A stretch of 55,016 nucleotides of DNA from an uncultured Thermoplasmatales archaeon (GCA_964414415.1 CAYPWJ010000002.1:53300-108315), one strand, 5' to 3'. Positions 9,291 to 18,292 are shown, counted from the first letter of the stretch. A program made the numbers and translations. The notes: generated from the letters alone by a model not told the origin.

Positions 9291-12200
9291 ATGAAAGCAA
9301 GACATGCATATATTCTTGGAATTGTAGGGATAGTCGCGTTTGTCGGATTCATGTCGATGAACGCCGACGCAAACGGGACAGATGTCATCTATGAGGAGGA
9401 CTTCGAGGATAGCTGTCCGCCATCCGGCTGGACGATCGGCGAGAAGCCTGCAAACGGCGATACATGGGCCTGTAGCACCGTTTTGCCGGGCATCTGTGTT
9501 CAGGGGGGCGCCAGTGGTACCTTTATGGCGTTTGACGATGACGATTACGGCCCGGGCAGCGACAATCCACAGGAGTGGCTTGTTTCGCCTGCTGTCAACT
9601 GTGGTAACTACGAGAATATAGCCCTGTCGTGGACCGGAGACTTCCAGGACTTCGCCGGTCACGGCGAATTCTGGGTGAACGTCTCCAACGATGCCGGCGT
9701 GACGTGGACAAACGTCTATCATGCAGACATGGATGTCGGGGGGTTTGACACTGACTCAGCCATCCCGGTGGATATCTCCGCCGTGGCCGACCATTCCAGC
9801 CATGTCATGGTCAATTTTACCTACAGCGATACAGATTCCACGGGGACTTCAGACAATGCGTGGGGGGCGCTGGTTGACGACGTCACCCTGACGGGAACAC
9901 CGACGGGGTTTGTCTATATCGACGAAAACCACAACGGCTCGTATGACGACGGCGAGTGGCACGGCGTCTTCATTGCCGATGCGGTGGACAACGCCGAACG
10001 CGGCGACACCATCTACGTCTGGAACGGCAGCTACTGGGAGACCAACATCACCATCGACATGCCGCTGACTGTCATCGGGAACACGTCCGTCGACGCTCTC
10101 GCAGGCATCGACATGCCGCGGACCACGTACCTGAACTATACCGACAAGGGCTTCATCATCAACGATACAAGCCACGTCAACATCTCCGGCTTCTACCTTG
10201 TAAACAAAGGGAGGATGGAGATGTGCGGCGGCGTAAGCCTGAACCACTCCAGCCACTGCAACATCTCCGGCAACATCATCATGGGTGACGCGGACGGCAT
10301 CTACCTCAACGACTCGCACTACAACACCATATATAACAACTTCATCTATGACAACAATTTTGTGGGTATCTGGATGGTTGGGTCCAGCAACAACACCATC
10401 GAGATGAACAATCTCACCGGCAATTACTACGGCATCCTCTACGAGCCGTACGAGGCCATGCAGCTCAAGTTTTCTTGGAACACCATCCGGCACAACAACA
10501 TCTCATATAATGGCGGGTGGGGGATTGTCATGCGCGGCACAGACAACGAGACCATCGAATATAACGATTTTTACGGCAACGGCCTGGATGGCGGGGGCGC
10601 CATCCATTTCATTGGCGTCAACGACGGCATCATTGCTCACAACACCATGATGTACAACTACCCGTGGGGCGTCTGGCTGGAGCACTGCGAAGAGGTCACC
10701 GTTGAAGATAACACCATCCTGGGGGGAGAGACCGTAAACGACAATGGAAACGCACACACCTACCACGTCTATCTAAAGGAATCTGAGGGATGGCATCTCC
10801 ACGACGAGGTGCATTTCTCCCATCGATACGGCCGAGAAGTAATTGATCTGCCGCTTCCCGACGTCGACGGCGAATACAAGGTGCGTATATCCCAGTCTGG
10901 CGGAACGGCGGCTCACATCGACTACGTGGCGCTGCTCGACGGCGGGGAGACGCCGCCCGCCGGTGCTTCATACGTGGACGGTGGGGACATCCTCCAGAAA
11001 GTCGTGGCTGCGGACAACGACGTCGCCGACGCCTGGGGGAAGACCATCGAGCTTTCGTGGGATGGAACGTTTACGTCGACTCGCCTCGTCCTGGTGGCCA
11101 ACGAGGAGCAGCCGATACCTGAGATTCCCCATCGGACGCCGTCGGTCATGTTTCCGTCGTTCATGGAGCCCTACCGGATAGAGGAGACGGGCGCTGTCGA
11201 CGTCGACGGAACCCTCGATGACCTGGGGGATGCGGATTTCCGGGCATACTGGATCCCGACGACCGGTCATCCCCGCGGGTACACGTACGTCTGGCTTCGC
11301 TCCGACGGCGAGTACCTCTCCGGCGCGATGGAGGTCACCGGGGACAACACCTACGATGACACGGGATGGGGCTCGCTGTACATCGCGACTGGCCGCGAGG
11401 TGCAGGAGTTCCGCGTCACCGCCACCGATCATGCTTACGGCGTCGACTCCTTCGTCTACACCGATGCCGTCGGATGGCAGCACATGCTCTACGAGTTCCG
11501 GATCCCGCTGGACGAGATCGGGGCAGCAATCGGCGACACTGTCCGCGTGGGCTACGGCAGCTACGGTACCTTTGGGCCAATGACAGGCCCGACTGGGGTC
11601 TACATTAGCAACGGCATGTACCTTCCGCCCAACACTGACGAATGCTTCAACACGCTGGAGGACAACACCATATCCGGCCATGACTACGGCGTCCTTCTTT
11701 CAGGCACGGACAACGAGACACTCGCCGGCAACACGATAACCTATAACTTTGAGGCTGGTGTCTACTCGATGTATAGCGAAAACATCTCCATCATAGACCA
11801 CAACAATTTTTCTCATAATGGACCGGTGTCAGGATGGGAGTACCATACTGGCGGCGTTGTTTTCGAACATACGCATCACAGCGACGTCGCCGGCAACTTT
11901 TTCACCGACAACAGGGGAGGTGCCATCAATTTCATTGCTTCCCGGCACAACGACATCATCGACAACGACATCATCGAAAACTGCGGCTGGCTGCACGGGA
12001 TAGGGATAATAGAGAACGCAAACCATACCTACATCGCCACAAATAATATACGAGACAACACAGGGCCGGGGATAGAAATCTTGCATACGGGATACACCCG
12101 GGTAGAGGACAACAACATCACCGGCAACGCATTTGCTGGCATATACATGTATCGCGCTCCATATACCGACATCAACCGCAATTTCATCGCAGACAACATA

Positions 12201-13079
12201 GACGGCGAAAGCGGCATACATATCGGGAAGGAGTCAAATCACTCCAGCATCACGAACAACACCATCAAGGCCAACGGCGTCGGCATCTACATCAACGGTG
12301 GACCAAACACCACTGGCTATTATTGGAACGTCGATACACAGATACACTGGAACCAGATATACGACAACACGGAATACGGCCTCTGGTACGAGATGTCCAC
12401 CGGCGGGACGACGCCCTACGTCAACGCGACGTGGAACTGGTGGGGTGCCGCCAACGGCCCGAGCAGCGACAGCGGCAACATGCAGGACCCCGTCACCAAT
12501 ACGTATGCCACCGGGTCCGGCGACGAGATCAACGGCAGCGCCGCATACGCCAACATCCACTTCGACCCCTGGATGGGCCTCTATCTCTACCAGGGCTGGA
12601 ACATGGTCTCCCCGGGCTTCATCCCCGAGGTGGGCACAGCCGGTGACCTGGCAGACCTGATCGGCGACAACTGCACCGTCATCACCAGGTGGGACAGCGA
12701 CAAGCAGCGCTACGTCAGCTACATCCCGGGCTCCGGCGCGGGTTTCACGCTGCGTGACGGCGAAGGCTACTTCGTCTACGTCACCCACGACACCAACGTA
12801 CAGTTCACCGGCGGCCTCGCATCGCCGAGCATCGACCTGACGTTGAGCGACGGGTTCAACCTGGTCGGATGGCCCGACGTTGGCTACCGGCAGGCCAGCT
12901 GGTTCGCCGGCCAGATCGACAACGCCGTCAAGGTGTCCATGTATGACGCTGAGACGCAGACGTGGCTGCCCGAGTACATCGCCGCGCTGCCCATCTCCAA
13001 CGACTTCGACGTGCTGATGGGCGACGGCGTCTTCGTGTTCGTCAACCCGGGACCGTCGAACTTGGGCGGGGGAGCGTAG
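9291..13079 (+). CDS. Giant secreted beta-helix surface protein, paralog 3 (1262 aa). Has a signal peptide, an N-terminal choice-of-anchor-J/MAM-like domain, PbH1 repeats, one NWWG module, and a divergent copy of the shared C-terminal module.
   Basis: N-terminus MKARHAYILGIVGIVAFVGFMSMNADA. YEEDFEDSCPPSGWTIGE..GDTWA. Repeats NISGN/NLTGN/NNITGN. TWNWWGAANGPSS. C-terminus QGWNMVSPG...GYFVYV...GFNLVGWP...GVFVFVNPGPS. Confidence 0.9.
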   Translation: MKARHAYILGIVGIVAFVGFMSMNADANGTDVIYEEDFEDSCPPSGWTIGEKPANGDTWACSTVLPGICVQGGASGTFMAFDDDDYGPGSDNPQEWLVSPAVNCGNYENIALSWTGDFQDFAGHGEFWVNVSNDAGVTWTNVYHADMDVGGFDTDSAIPVDISAVADHSSHVMVNFTYSDTDSTGTSDNAWGALVDDVTLTGTPTGFVYIDENHNGSYDDGEWHGVFIADAVDNAERGDTIYVWNGSYWETNITIDMPLTVIGNTSVDALAGIDMPRTTYLNYTDKGFIINDTSHVNISGFYLVNKGRMEMCGGVSLNHSSHCNISGNIIMGDADGIYLNDSHYNTIYNNFIYDNNFVGIWMVGSSNNTIEMNNLTGNYYGILYEPYEAMQLKFSWNTIRHNNISYNGGWGIVMRGTDNETIEYNDFYGNGLDGGGAIHFIGVNDGIIAHNTMMYNYPWGVWLEHCEEVTVEDNTILGGETVNDNGNAHTYHVYLKESEGWHLHDEVHFSHRYGREVIDLPLPDVDGEYKVRISQSGGTAAHIDYVALLDGGETPPAGASYVDGGDILQKVVAADNDVADAWGKTIELSWDGTFTSTRLVLVANEEQPIPEIPHRTPSVMFPSFMEPYRIEETGAVDVDGTLDDLGDADFRAYWIPTTGHPRGYTYVWLRSDGEYLSGAMEVTGDNTYDDTGWGSLYIATGREVQEFRVTATDHAYGVDSFVYTDAVGWQHMLYEFRIPLDEIGAAIGDTVRVGYGSYGTFGPMTGPTGVYISNGMYLPPNTDECFNTLEDNTISGHDYGVLLSGTDNETLAGNTITYNFEAGVYSMYSENISIIDHNNFSHNGPVSGWEYHTGGVVFEHTHHSDVAGNFFTDNRGGAINFIASRHNDIIDNDIIENCGWLHGIGIIENANHTYIATNNIRDNTGPGIEILHTGYTRVEDNNITGNAFAGIYMYRAPYTDINRNFIADNIDGESGIHIGKESNHSSITNNTIKANGVGIYINGGPNTTGYYWNVDTQIHWNQIYDNTEYGLWYEMSTGGTTPYVNATWNWWGAANGPSSDSGNMQDPVTNTYATGSGDEINGSAAYANIHFDPWMGLYLYQGWNMVSPGFIPEVGTAGDLADLIGDNCTVITRWDSDKQRYVSYIPGSGAGFTLRDGEGYFVYVTHDTNVQFTGGLASPSIDLTLSDGFNLVGWPDVGYRQASWFAGQIDNAVKVSMYDAETQTWLPEYIAALPISNDFDVLMGDGVFVFVNPGPSNLGGGA

Positions 13080-13143
13080 GCTCTCCTCTCTTTCTCCTCT
13101 CTCCCTCTCTTTCTCCCTTTGCTCCCCCAAAACCTTTTTTAAG
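13080..13143 (+). terminator. Long (CT)n-rich tract followed by an oligo-T run, downstream of paralog 3 (putative terminator).
   Basis: ctctcctctctttctcctctctccctctctttctccctttgctcccccaaaacctttttt. Confidence 0.4.
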
Positions 13144-13162
13144 GCGCGCTTGATGTCGTAGC

Positions 13163-13738
13163 ATGGCCGACGAGCAGGAGTTACAGCATCTCAGAGTCGT
13201 TCTTGATTATCTTCCCTGCGAGGACTGCGAGGACCGCGTTCCCTGGGAGGAGCGCGAGTATCTGTGCTCGGTGTGCGGCAGAATCAGCAGAAACGTCTCC
13301 GCGGAGATAGCGGTGCCCCGCTGGCGGACGGAGAACGGCGACGTCGTCGCCGTCGAAGGCCGTGACATCGAGGAGCTCCGCCCCGAGGTCTCCATGGTGG
13401 AACAGGAGCCCGAGGAACCCGTGGAGCCCGAGGAGCAGGAGCCGATGGAGGACATCGAGGTGCTCGAGATCGGCGTCGAGGTCCCCGAGGCGGAGGCAGA
13501 GCCCGAGGAGGACGAGGAGCTCCCCGAGTGGGAGACCGTCGAGGAGACGCCGTACACGGTCGGCGAGTACACGCTCCACACCAAGGAGGCCACCCTGCGA
13601 GGCGGCCGGAAACAGCAGATCTATTTTTTCGCAAAGAAAGAAAAAAAAGATGCGACTCCCTGCGCCAAGCCGGAGGGCTACGACGTCAAAGTCAACGAAA
13701 AAACAGGGCTGCCCGTGCTCAAGCGAAAAAAGAAATAG
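13163..13738 (+). CDS. Hypothetical protein: N-terminal CxxC...CxxC zinc-ribbon-like region, a long acidic (E/P-rich) linker, and a basic C-terminal domain.
   Basis: CEDCED...CSVCG. The acidic run EPEEPVEPEEQEPMEDIEVLE. C-terminus YTLHTKEATLRGGRKQQIYFFAKKEKK...PEGYDVKVNEKTGLPVLKRKKK. No family recognised. Confidence 0.5.
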   Translation: MADEQELQHLRVVLDYLPCEDCEDRVPWEEREYLCSVCGRISRNVSAEIAVPRWRTENGDVVAVEGRDIEELRPEVSMVEQEPEEPVEPEEQEPMEDIEVLEIGVEVPEAEAEPEEDEELPEWETVEETPYTVGEYTLHTKEATLRGGRKQQIYFFAKKEKKDATPCAKPEGYDVKVNEKTGLPVLKRKKK

Positions 13739-13744
13739 CCGACG

Positions 13745-14749
13745 ATGCACATCGAGGAGTTCGACTACCAGCTGCCGAAGGACGCCATCGCGCAGCAGCC
13801 CGCCGTCCCCCGTGACAGCTGCCGCCTGCTCGTGATGGACGACGGCATCCGGCACCACCGGTTCACCGGCATCCTTGGATATCTGCGTGAGGGAGACGTC
13901 CTGGTGCTCAACGACACCCGGGTGCGGTACGCCCGCATCCACGCCCGCAAGGACACCGGCGGCAAGGTCGAATTGCTGGTGCTCGGTGAAGAGCGCAGCG
14001 GATATCGATGCATGGTCAAGGGCCGCGTCCGCGAGGGCACCGTCATCGAGCTGCCCGACGACACCGCTGCCACCGTGACCAGGAAGGACGGCGGCGTCTG
14101 CCGCCTCGACATCCCGCTGGAGATGGAGCAGCTGGAGGCGATGGGCGAGATGCCGCTGCCGCCCTACATCACCGCCGACCTCGACCCGGCGACGAAGGAG
14201 CGATACCAGAGCGTCTACGCCGACGAGAAAGGCTCCGTCGCAGCGCCGACCGCCGGCCTGCATTTCACCCCCGAGCTGCTGGAGTGCATCCACGAGGCAG
14301 GCGTCGAGATCGTCACCCTGACGCTTCACGTCGGCATCGGGACCTTCCTGCCCGTGCGGAGCGACCACGTCGAGGAGCACGACATGCATCCCGAACGCTT
14401 CACCATCGACGCCCGGGCGGCGGAGACAATCAACGAGGCCGAGGGCGACGTCGTCGCCGTCGGCACCACCACCATCCGGGCGCTGGAGAGCGCCTCCCGC
14501 GACGGCGTCGTCGCGCCCATGGAACGCTGGACCGACCTGTTCATCTACCCCGGCTACCGCTGGCAGTCACCCGTCACCGGGATGCTCACCAACTTCCATC
14601 TGCCGCAGTCAACGCCGTTGCTCATGGTCTGTGCCTACGCCGGCAGGCAGCGCGTCGTGCAGGCCTACCGGGAGGCACTGCAGCAGGGCTACCGGTTCCT
14701 CAGCTTCGGGGACGCGATGTTCATCAGGGGGCCACCGTGTTCGAGGTAG
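13745..14749 (+). CDS. queA: S-adenosylmethionine:tRNA ribosyltransferase-isomerase (QueA), bacterial type.
   Basis: Near-colinear match to bacterial QueA: FDYQLP..IAQQP..RDSCRLLV, MPLPPYI, VAAPTAGLHFT, GTTTIRALES, LTNFHLPQST, RFLSFGDAMFI. Confidence 0.9.
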   Translation: MHIEEFDYQLPKDAIAQQPAVPRDSCRLLVMDDGIRHHRFTGILGYLREGDVLVLNDTRVRYARIHARKDTGGKVELLVLGEERSGYRCMVKGRVREGTVIELPDDTAATVTRKDGGVCRLDIPLEMEQLEAMGEMPLPPYITADLDPATKERYQSVYADEKGSVAAPTAGLHFTPELLECIHEAGVEIVTLTLHVGIGTFLPVRSDHVEEHDMHPERFTIDARAAETINEAEGDVVAVGTTTIRALESASRDGVVAPMERWTDLFIYPGYRWQSPVTGMLTNFHLPQSTPLLMVCAYAGRQRVVQAYREALQQGYRFLSFGDAMFIRGPPCSR

Positions 14750-15795
14750 CAGCCCGGCAGGGCACCGCACGGGCCGGCGTGCTCCACATGCCACACGGCG
14801 ACGTCGAGACACCTGTCTTTCTGCCCGTTGCGACCAAGGCAGCCGTCAAGACGCTGACGCCGGAGGAGACATGGACGACCGGCAGCCGGATGCTCATCGT
14901 CAACGCCCTCCACCTCTACCGGCGGGGCATCGAACGCGTCACCCGTGCCGGCGGCATCCACCAGTTCATGCAATGGGACGGCGCCGTCGTCAGCGACAGC
15001 GGCGGCTTCCAGCTCATCAAGCAGTTCCCCTGCGACATCGAAAGCGACGGCGTCCGGTTTACCATGCCCGACGGCACCCGCGACCTGTTCACCCCCGAGA
15101 AATCCATCAGGATGCAGGAACAGCTCGGCGTCGACATCGCATTGACGCTCGACGACTGCCCCTCCCATCCCGCGACGCCGCAGCGCGTCGCATCCGCGGT
15201 CGACACCACCATCCGATGGGCGGAGCGCTGCCAGGGACCCGGCCGGTTCGCCATCCTGCAGGGCGGCACCGTCGAGGCGGAGCGCGTCCGATGCGCCCGC
15301 GCCGTCGCCGACATGGACTACGACGGCTACGCCATCGGCGGCCTCTGCATCGGCGAGCCGAAGGAAGCGATGCACCGGATGGTCGAGACAACCCTGGAGC
15401 ACCTGCCGCCCGGGAAGCCGCGGCATCTCATGGGCGTCGGCTCACCGGGGGACATCTGGCGGGCCGTCAGGGCCGGCGTCGACATCTTCGACAGCGCCTA
15501 TCCAACCAGGAACGCCAGGCACGGCACCATTTTTACCTCCCGCGGCAGAGTCAACCTCGGGCGAGCGAAGACCACCGGCGACGTGATAGACGACAGATGT
15601 GACTGCTACACGTGCCGGCGGTTCAGCCTCGACTACCTCAACCACCTGTTCCGGGAGAAAGACCCGCTGGGCCCGCGCCTCGCCACGATACACAACCTCA
15701 CCCACGTCAACCGCGTCGTCACGGCGGCCAGGGAGCGCATCCTGGCGGGAAAAACGCTTAAAACAAACGAGGGCATACAGTTTGATGCTGTTTGA
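14737..15795 (+). CDS. tgt: Queuine/preQ1 tRNA-ribosyltransferase (bacterial-type Tgt, about 352 aa, no PUA domain). GTG start overlaps the queA stop by 13 nt.
   Basis: QFMQWDGAVVSDSGGFQ (catalytic DSGGFQ), YDGYAIGGLCIGEPK, PRHLMGVGSPGDI, FDSAYPTRNARHG, zinc motif CDCYTCRRFSLDYLNHL. The length fits the bacterial QTRT rather than arcTGT. Confidence 0.85.
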   Translation: MFEVAARQGTARAGVLHMPHGDVETPVFLPVATKAAVKTLTPEETWTTGSRMLIVNALHLYRRGIERVTRAGGIHQFMQWDGAVVSDSGGFQLIKQFPCDIESDGVRFTMPDGTRDLFTPEKSIRMQEQLGVDIALTLDDCPSHPATPQRVASAVDTTIRWAERCQGPGRFAILQGGTVEAERVRCARAVADMDYDGYAIGGLCIGEPKEAMHRMVETTLEHLPPGKPRHLMGVGSPGDIWRAVRAGVDIFDSAYPTRNARHGTIFTSRGRVNLGRAKTTGDVIDDRCDCYTCRRFSLDYLNHLFREKDPLGPRLATIHNLTHVNRVVTAARERILAGKTLKTNEGIQFDAV

Positions 15796-16498
15796 AACCA
15801 ACCACGGCGTCATCGTCGCCTGCGACGTTGACACCATCGACGCCTACGCGTCGCTCGTCCGGCGGACCTGTCACGTCGACGGCGTCGTCGGCTACAAGAT
15901 CGGCTCCACCCTCGCCCTGACATATGGACTGCAGCCGCTGACCGACGTCGTCGCCGACCACTGCAGCCTGCCGGTCATCTACGACCATCAAAAAGCCGCG
16001 ACGGACATCCCGCAGATGGCTGACCCGTTCGCCCGCGTCTGCCGGCGGGGAGACGTCGACAGCGTCATCCTGTTTCCCCAGGCCGGCCCGGAGACCGAGA
16101 AGGCATTCATCCAGGCTGTCGCCGAGCACGGCATGGAGCCCATGGTCGGCGGCGAGATGACGCATCCCGGCTACCTGGCAGACGAGCAGGGTTACCTCCG
16201 CCGCGACGCGCCACCCGACATGTACCGGCTGGCCGCCCAGCACGACGTGAGATACTTCATCGTCCCCGGCAACCGACCCGGGGCGCTCCAGCGCTACCAC
16301 GACCTGCTCACCGGTCTCATCGACACGCCGGCGTTCTGCATGCCCGGCATCGGCCGGCAGGGCGGCTCCATCACCAGCGCGTTCAGCCAGCTTGGCAGCG
16401 CCGCTGCATACGCCATCGTCGGCTCAGCGATCTACAGGAGCGACGACCCCGCCGCTGCGGCGCGTGAACTGGCCCGGGAGGCCCTCCAATTCGAGTGA
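15785..16498 (+). CDS. OMP-decarboxylase-fold (PyrF-like) protein, divergent. Overlaps the tgt stop by 11 nt.
   Basis: ACDVDT / GYKIG / IYDHQKAATDIPQ resemble the OMPDC Asp/Lys/DxKxxD motifs, but with altered spacing (D-x-x-K-x-x-x-D). Confidence 0.55.
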   Translation: MLFETNHGVIVACDVDTIDAYASLVRRTCHVDGVVGYKIGSTLALTYGLQPLTDVVADHCSLPVIYDHQKAATDIPQMADPFARVCRRGDVDSVILFPQAGPETEKAFIQAVAEHGMEPMVGGEMTHPGYLADEQGYLRRDAPPDMYRLAAQHDVRYFIVPGNRPGALQRYHDLLTGLIDTPAFCMPGIGRQGGSITSAFSQLGSAAAYAIVGSAIYRSDDPAAAARELAREALQFE

Positions 16499-16502
16499 TA
16501 CC

Positions 16503-17219
16503 ATGGAGGCACAGGACATCCTGGCCGGTTTATACGAACGTGGCCTCATCAAGACCTGGCATCGCGACCGCCCCGAGGGCTGGACGCTGGTGTCCGGCCT
16601 CTGGAGCCCCTTCTACATCAACCTCCGCGCGCTCCCCAGCCACCCCCGGCTGCTGATGGCGGTCGGCGAACGCCTCGGCGAGCTCGTCCTGGAGCGATGC
16701 GACCCCGACAGCGTCATGGGCATCGCCATGGCCGGCATCCCGCTTGCATCGGCGGTCGCGGTGCAGCACGGCGTCCCGATGCTCTACACCCGGAAGCTCC
16801 AGGGCGTCAAATCGCTGGAGGCGCTCCGCGCAGCCGCCGAGCAGTACGGGCAGCATTCCCTGGTCGAGGGCGCCATCGAGGACGGCGACCACATCGTCGC
16901 GCTCGACGACCTTGTCACCCGATTTGACAGCAAGCTCGTCGCCGTCGAGCAGCTGGCGATGGAGGCCGACCGCCGGGACGTCGATGTTTCCTGCAGCGAC
17001 GTGGCGGTGCTCATCGACCGGGAGCAGGGCGCCGGCGACATCGCCGCCCGGCACGGCATGGACCTCCACGCGCTGATACCCTTCAAGAGCCGCGGCGTCC
17101 AATGGCTCCGCGAGGCATTCACCGAGGTCGAGTACCAGGTCATCAGCGACTACCTCCGGGACAGCGACCCCTATCAGGACGAGCAGCGCCGCCGGGAGAT
17201 CATCGCCTCCTACGAGTAG
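16503..17219 (+). CDS. Type I phosphoribosyltransferase-like (orotate PRTase-like) protein with a degenerate PRPP/PPi loop and a C-terminal extension.
   Basis: YERGLIK..SGLWSPFYINLR..GIAMAGIPLASAVA..IVALDDLVTRFDS is OPRT-like. However, the TTGGS PPi loop is replaced by TRFDS, there is an insertion of about 20 aa in the flexible loop, and an extra C-terminal tail of about 40 aa. Confidence 0.55.
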   Translation: MEAQDILAGLYERGLIKTWHRDRPEGWTLVSGLWSPFYINLRALPSHPRLLMAVGERLGELVLERCDPDSVMGIAMAGIPLASAVAVQHGVPMLYTRKLQGVKSLEALRAAAEQYGQHSLVEGAIEDGDHIVALDDLVTRFDSKLVAVEQLAMEADRRDVDVSCSDVAVLIDREQGAGDIAARHGMDLHALIPFKSRGVQWLREAFTEVEYQVISDYLRDSDPYQDEQRRREIIASYE

Positions 17220-17223
17220 CACG

Positions 17224-18252
17224 CTACCGGTACCGGTGCATCGTCCATCGCCGCACGAGTTTTTTGAGCAACCCGGGCAGCCGCCCGTCCAGGCTCACCC
17301 CGCGCCACGACAGGATGCCGCGCCGCCCGCCGAGGCTGACGGCCAAGGCCGTCGACCGGGGCCGGTAGACAGCCAGCTTCGCCGGGCTCCGGACGATGTT
17401 TTTTGCGATGACCCCGGCATGGCGCTCGGCGTTCTGCGCTGTCTTTTCCTCCGTGATGTCGGTGACGTCGCCGCCGGCGTAGATGTGTGGATGGCCGGGC
17501 AGCTGCAGATGCCGGTTGACCCTGACGGCGTTGCGCTCATCGAGCGCCCCGTCCATCGCAGCGAGGTAGCCGGGCTCATGGCGGATGCCCGTACACCAGA
17601 CCACGACGTCTGCAGCGACCGCCCGCCCTGCATCTGTAAAAAAGAGCCCACCCCGCCGGTCGACGACTCTCTCCCCGAGCAGGAGGCGGGCGTTTCGCTG
17701 CTCGAGGAACCGACGGGCGTGCCGCGATGCAGATGGAGGGTTCCGCTCCAGCAGCCGGTCATGCGAATGCACCAGCGTCACCTCCAGGCCGGGCAGCCTG
17801 TCCACCAGCTCAGCGGCGAGCTCCGTCCCGACGAGACCGCCGCCGACGACCAGCACCCGGTCGGCGTCGCGGAGCGCGTCAGCCAGCGCCGCTGCCTCCG
17901 CCACGGACGTGAGCGTATACACATCGGTGGCATCGTCAAGCAGAACGGGATACGTGACGCCGGTGGCGACGACCGCCCGGTCAAACCGCACCTGCTCACG
18001 GCGTGTTTCAACACGGTGCGGGGTCATCCGGACGACGTCACCGGTGACGATATCGGTCTCGGGCAGAAAATCCCGGTAGGGTACCGTTAACGGAAGCTCG
18101 CGCTCCGGCTCGCTCACCAGCCGATGGACACCCGGCGTGTACTCAAAGCACGGCGTCCGGTCTACCAGCGTGACCTCCACGTCACGCCGCCGGTCCAGCT
18201 TCCGTGCCACCAGGGCTCCGCAGAAGCCGCCGCCGACGACCGTGACATCCAT
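17224..18252 (-). CDS. FAD-dependent pyridine nucleotide-disulfide oxidoreductase / type II NADH dehydrogenase-like.
   Basis: N-terminal VTVVGGGFCGALVA (Rossmann GxGxxG) and a second VLVVGGGLVGTELA NAD-binding motif. C-terminal YAGGDV. Confidence 0.75.
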   Translation of the reverse strand: MDVTVVGGGFCGALVARKLDRRRDVEVTLVDRTPCFEYTPGVHRLVSEPERELPLTVPYRDFLPETDIVTGDVVRMTPHRVETRREQVRFDRAVVATGVTYPVLLDDATDVYTLTSVAEAAALADALRDADRVLVVGGGLVGTELAAELVDRLPGLEVTLVHSHDRLLERNPPSASRHARRFLEQRNARLLLGERVVDRRGGLFFTDAGRAVAADVVVWCTGIRHEPGYLAAMDGALDERNAVRVNRHLQLPGHPHIYAGGDVTDITEEKTAQNAERHAGVIAKNIVRSPAKLAVYRPRSTALAVSLGGRRGILSWRGVSLDGRLPGLLKKLVRRWTMHRYR

Positions 18253-18292
18253 ACCCGGGTAACCCCGCAGTGCTTAAAAATATGTGGCAGCG

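Noticed and set aside
3371-13143. Possible amber (TAG) read-through or pyrrolysine extension of the surface proteins into the CT-rich tracts
   Set aside because: Paralog 2 ends with TAA, not TAG. TAG terminates many housekeeping genes in this window (queA, pyrE-like, rpoD, S4, PGI), so TAG is a normal stop here. The CT tracts are more simply terminators.
13181-14389. 402-aa minus-strand ORF antisense to the hypothetical gene and queA
   Set aside because: Low-complexity Arg/Gly/Leu/Asp-rich translation typical of antisense frames of GC3-rich genes. The plus-strand ORFs have strong family matches (QueA).
14008-15795. ORF-track entry of 595 aa starting at 14008
   Set aside because: Its first part is an out-of-frame overlap with queA. 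The real tgt start is the GTG at about 14737, where similarity to the Tgt N-terminus (VETPVFLPVATKAAVK) begins.
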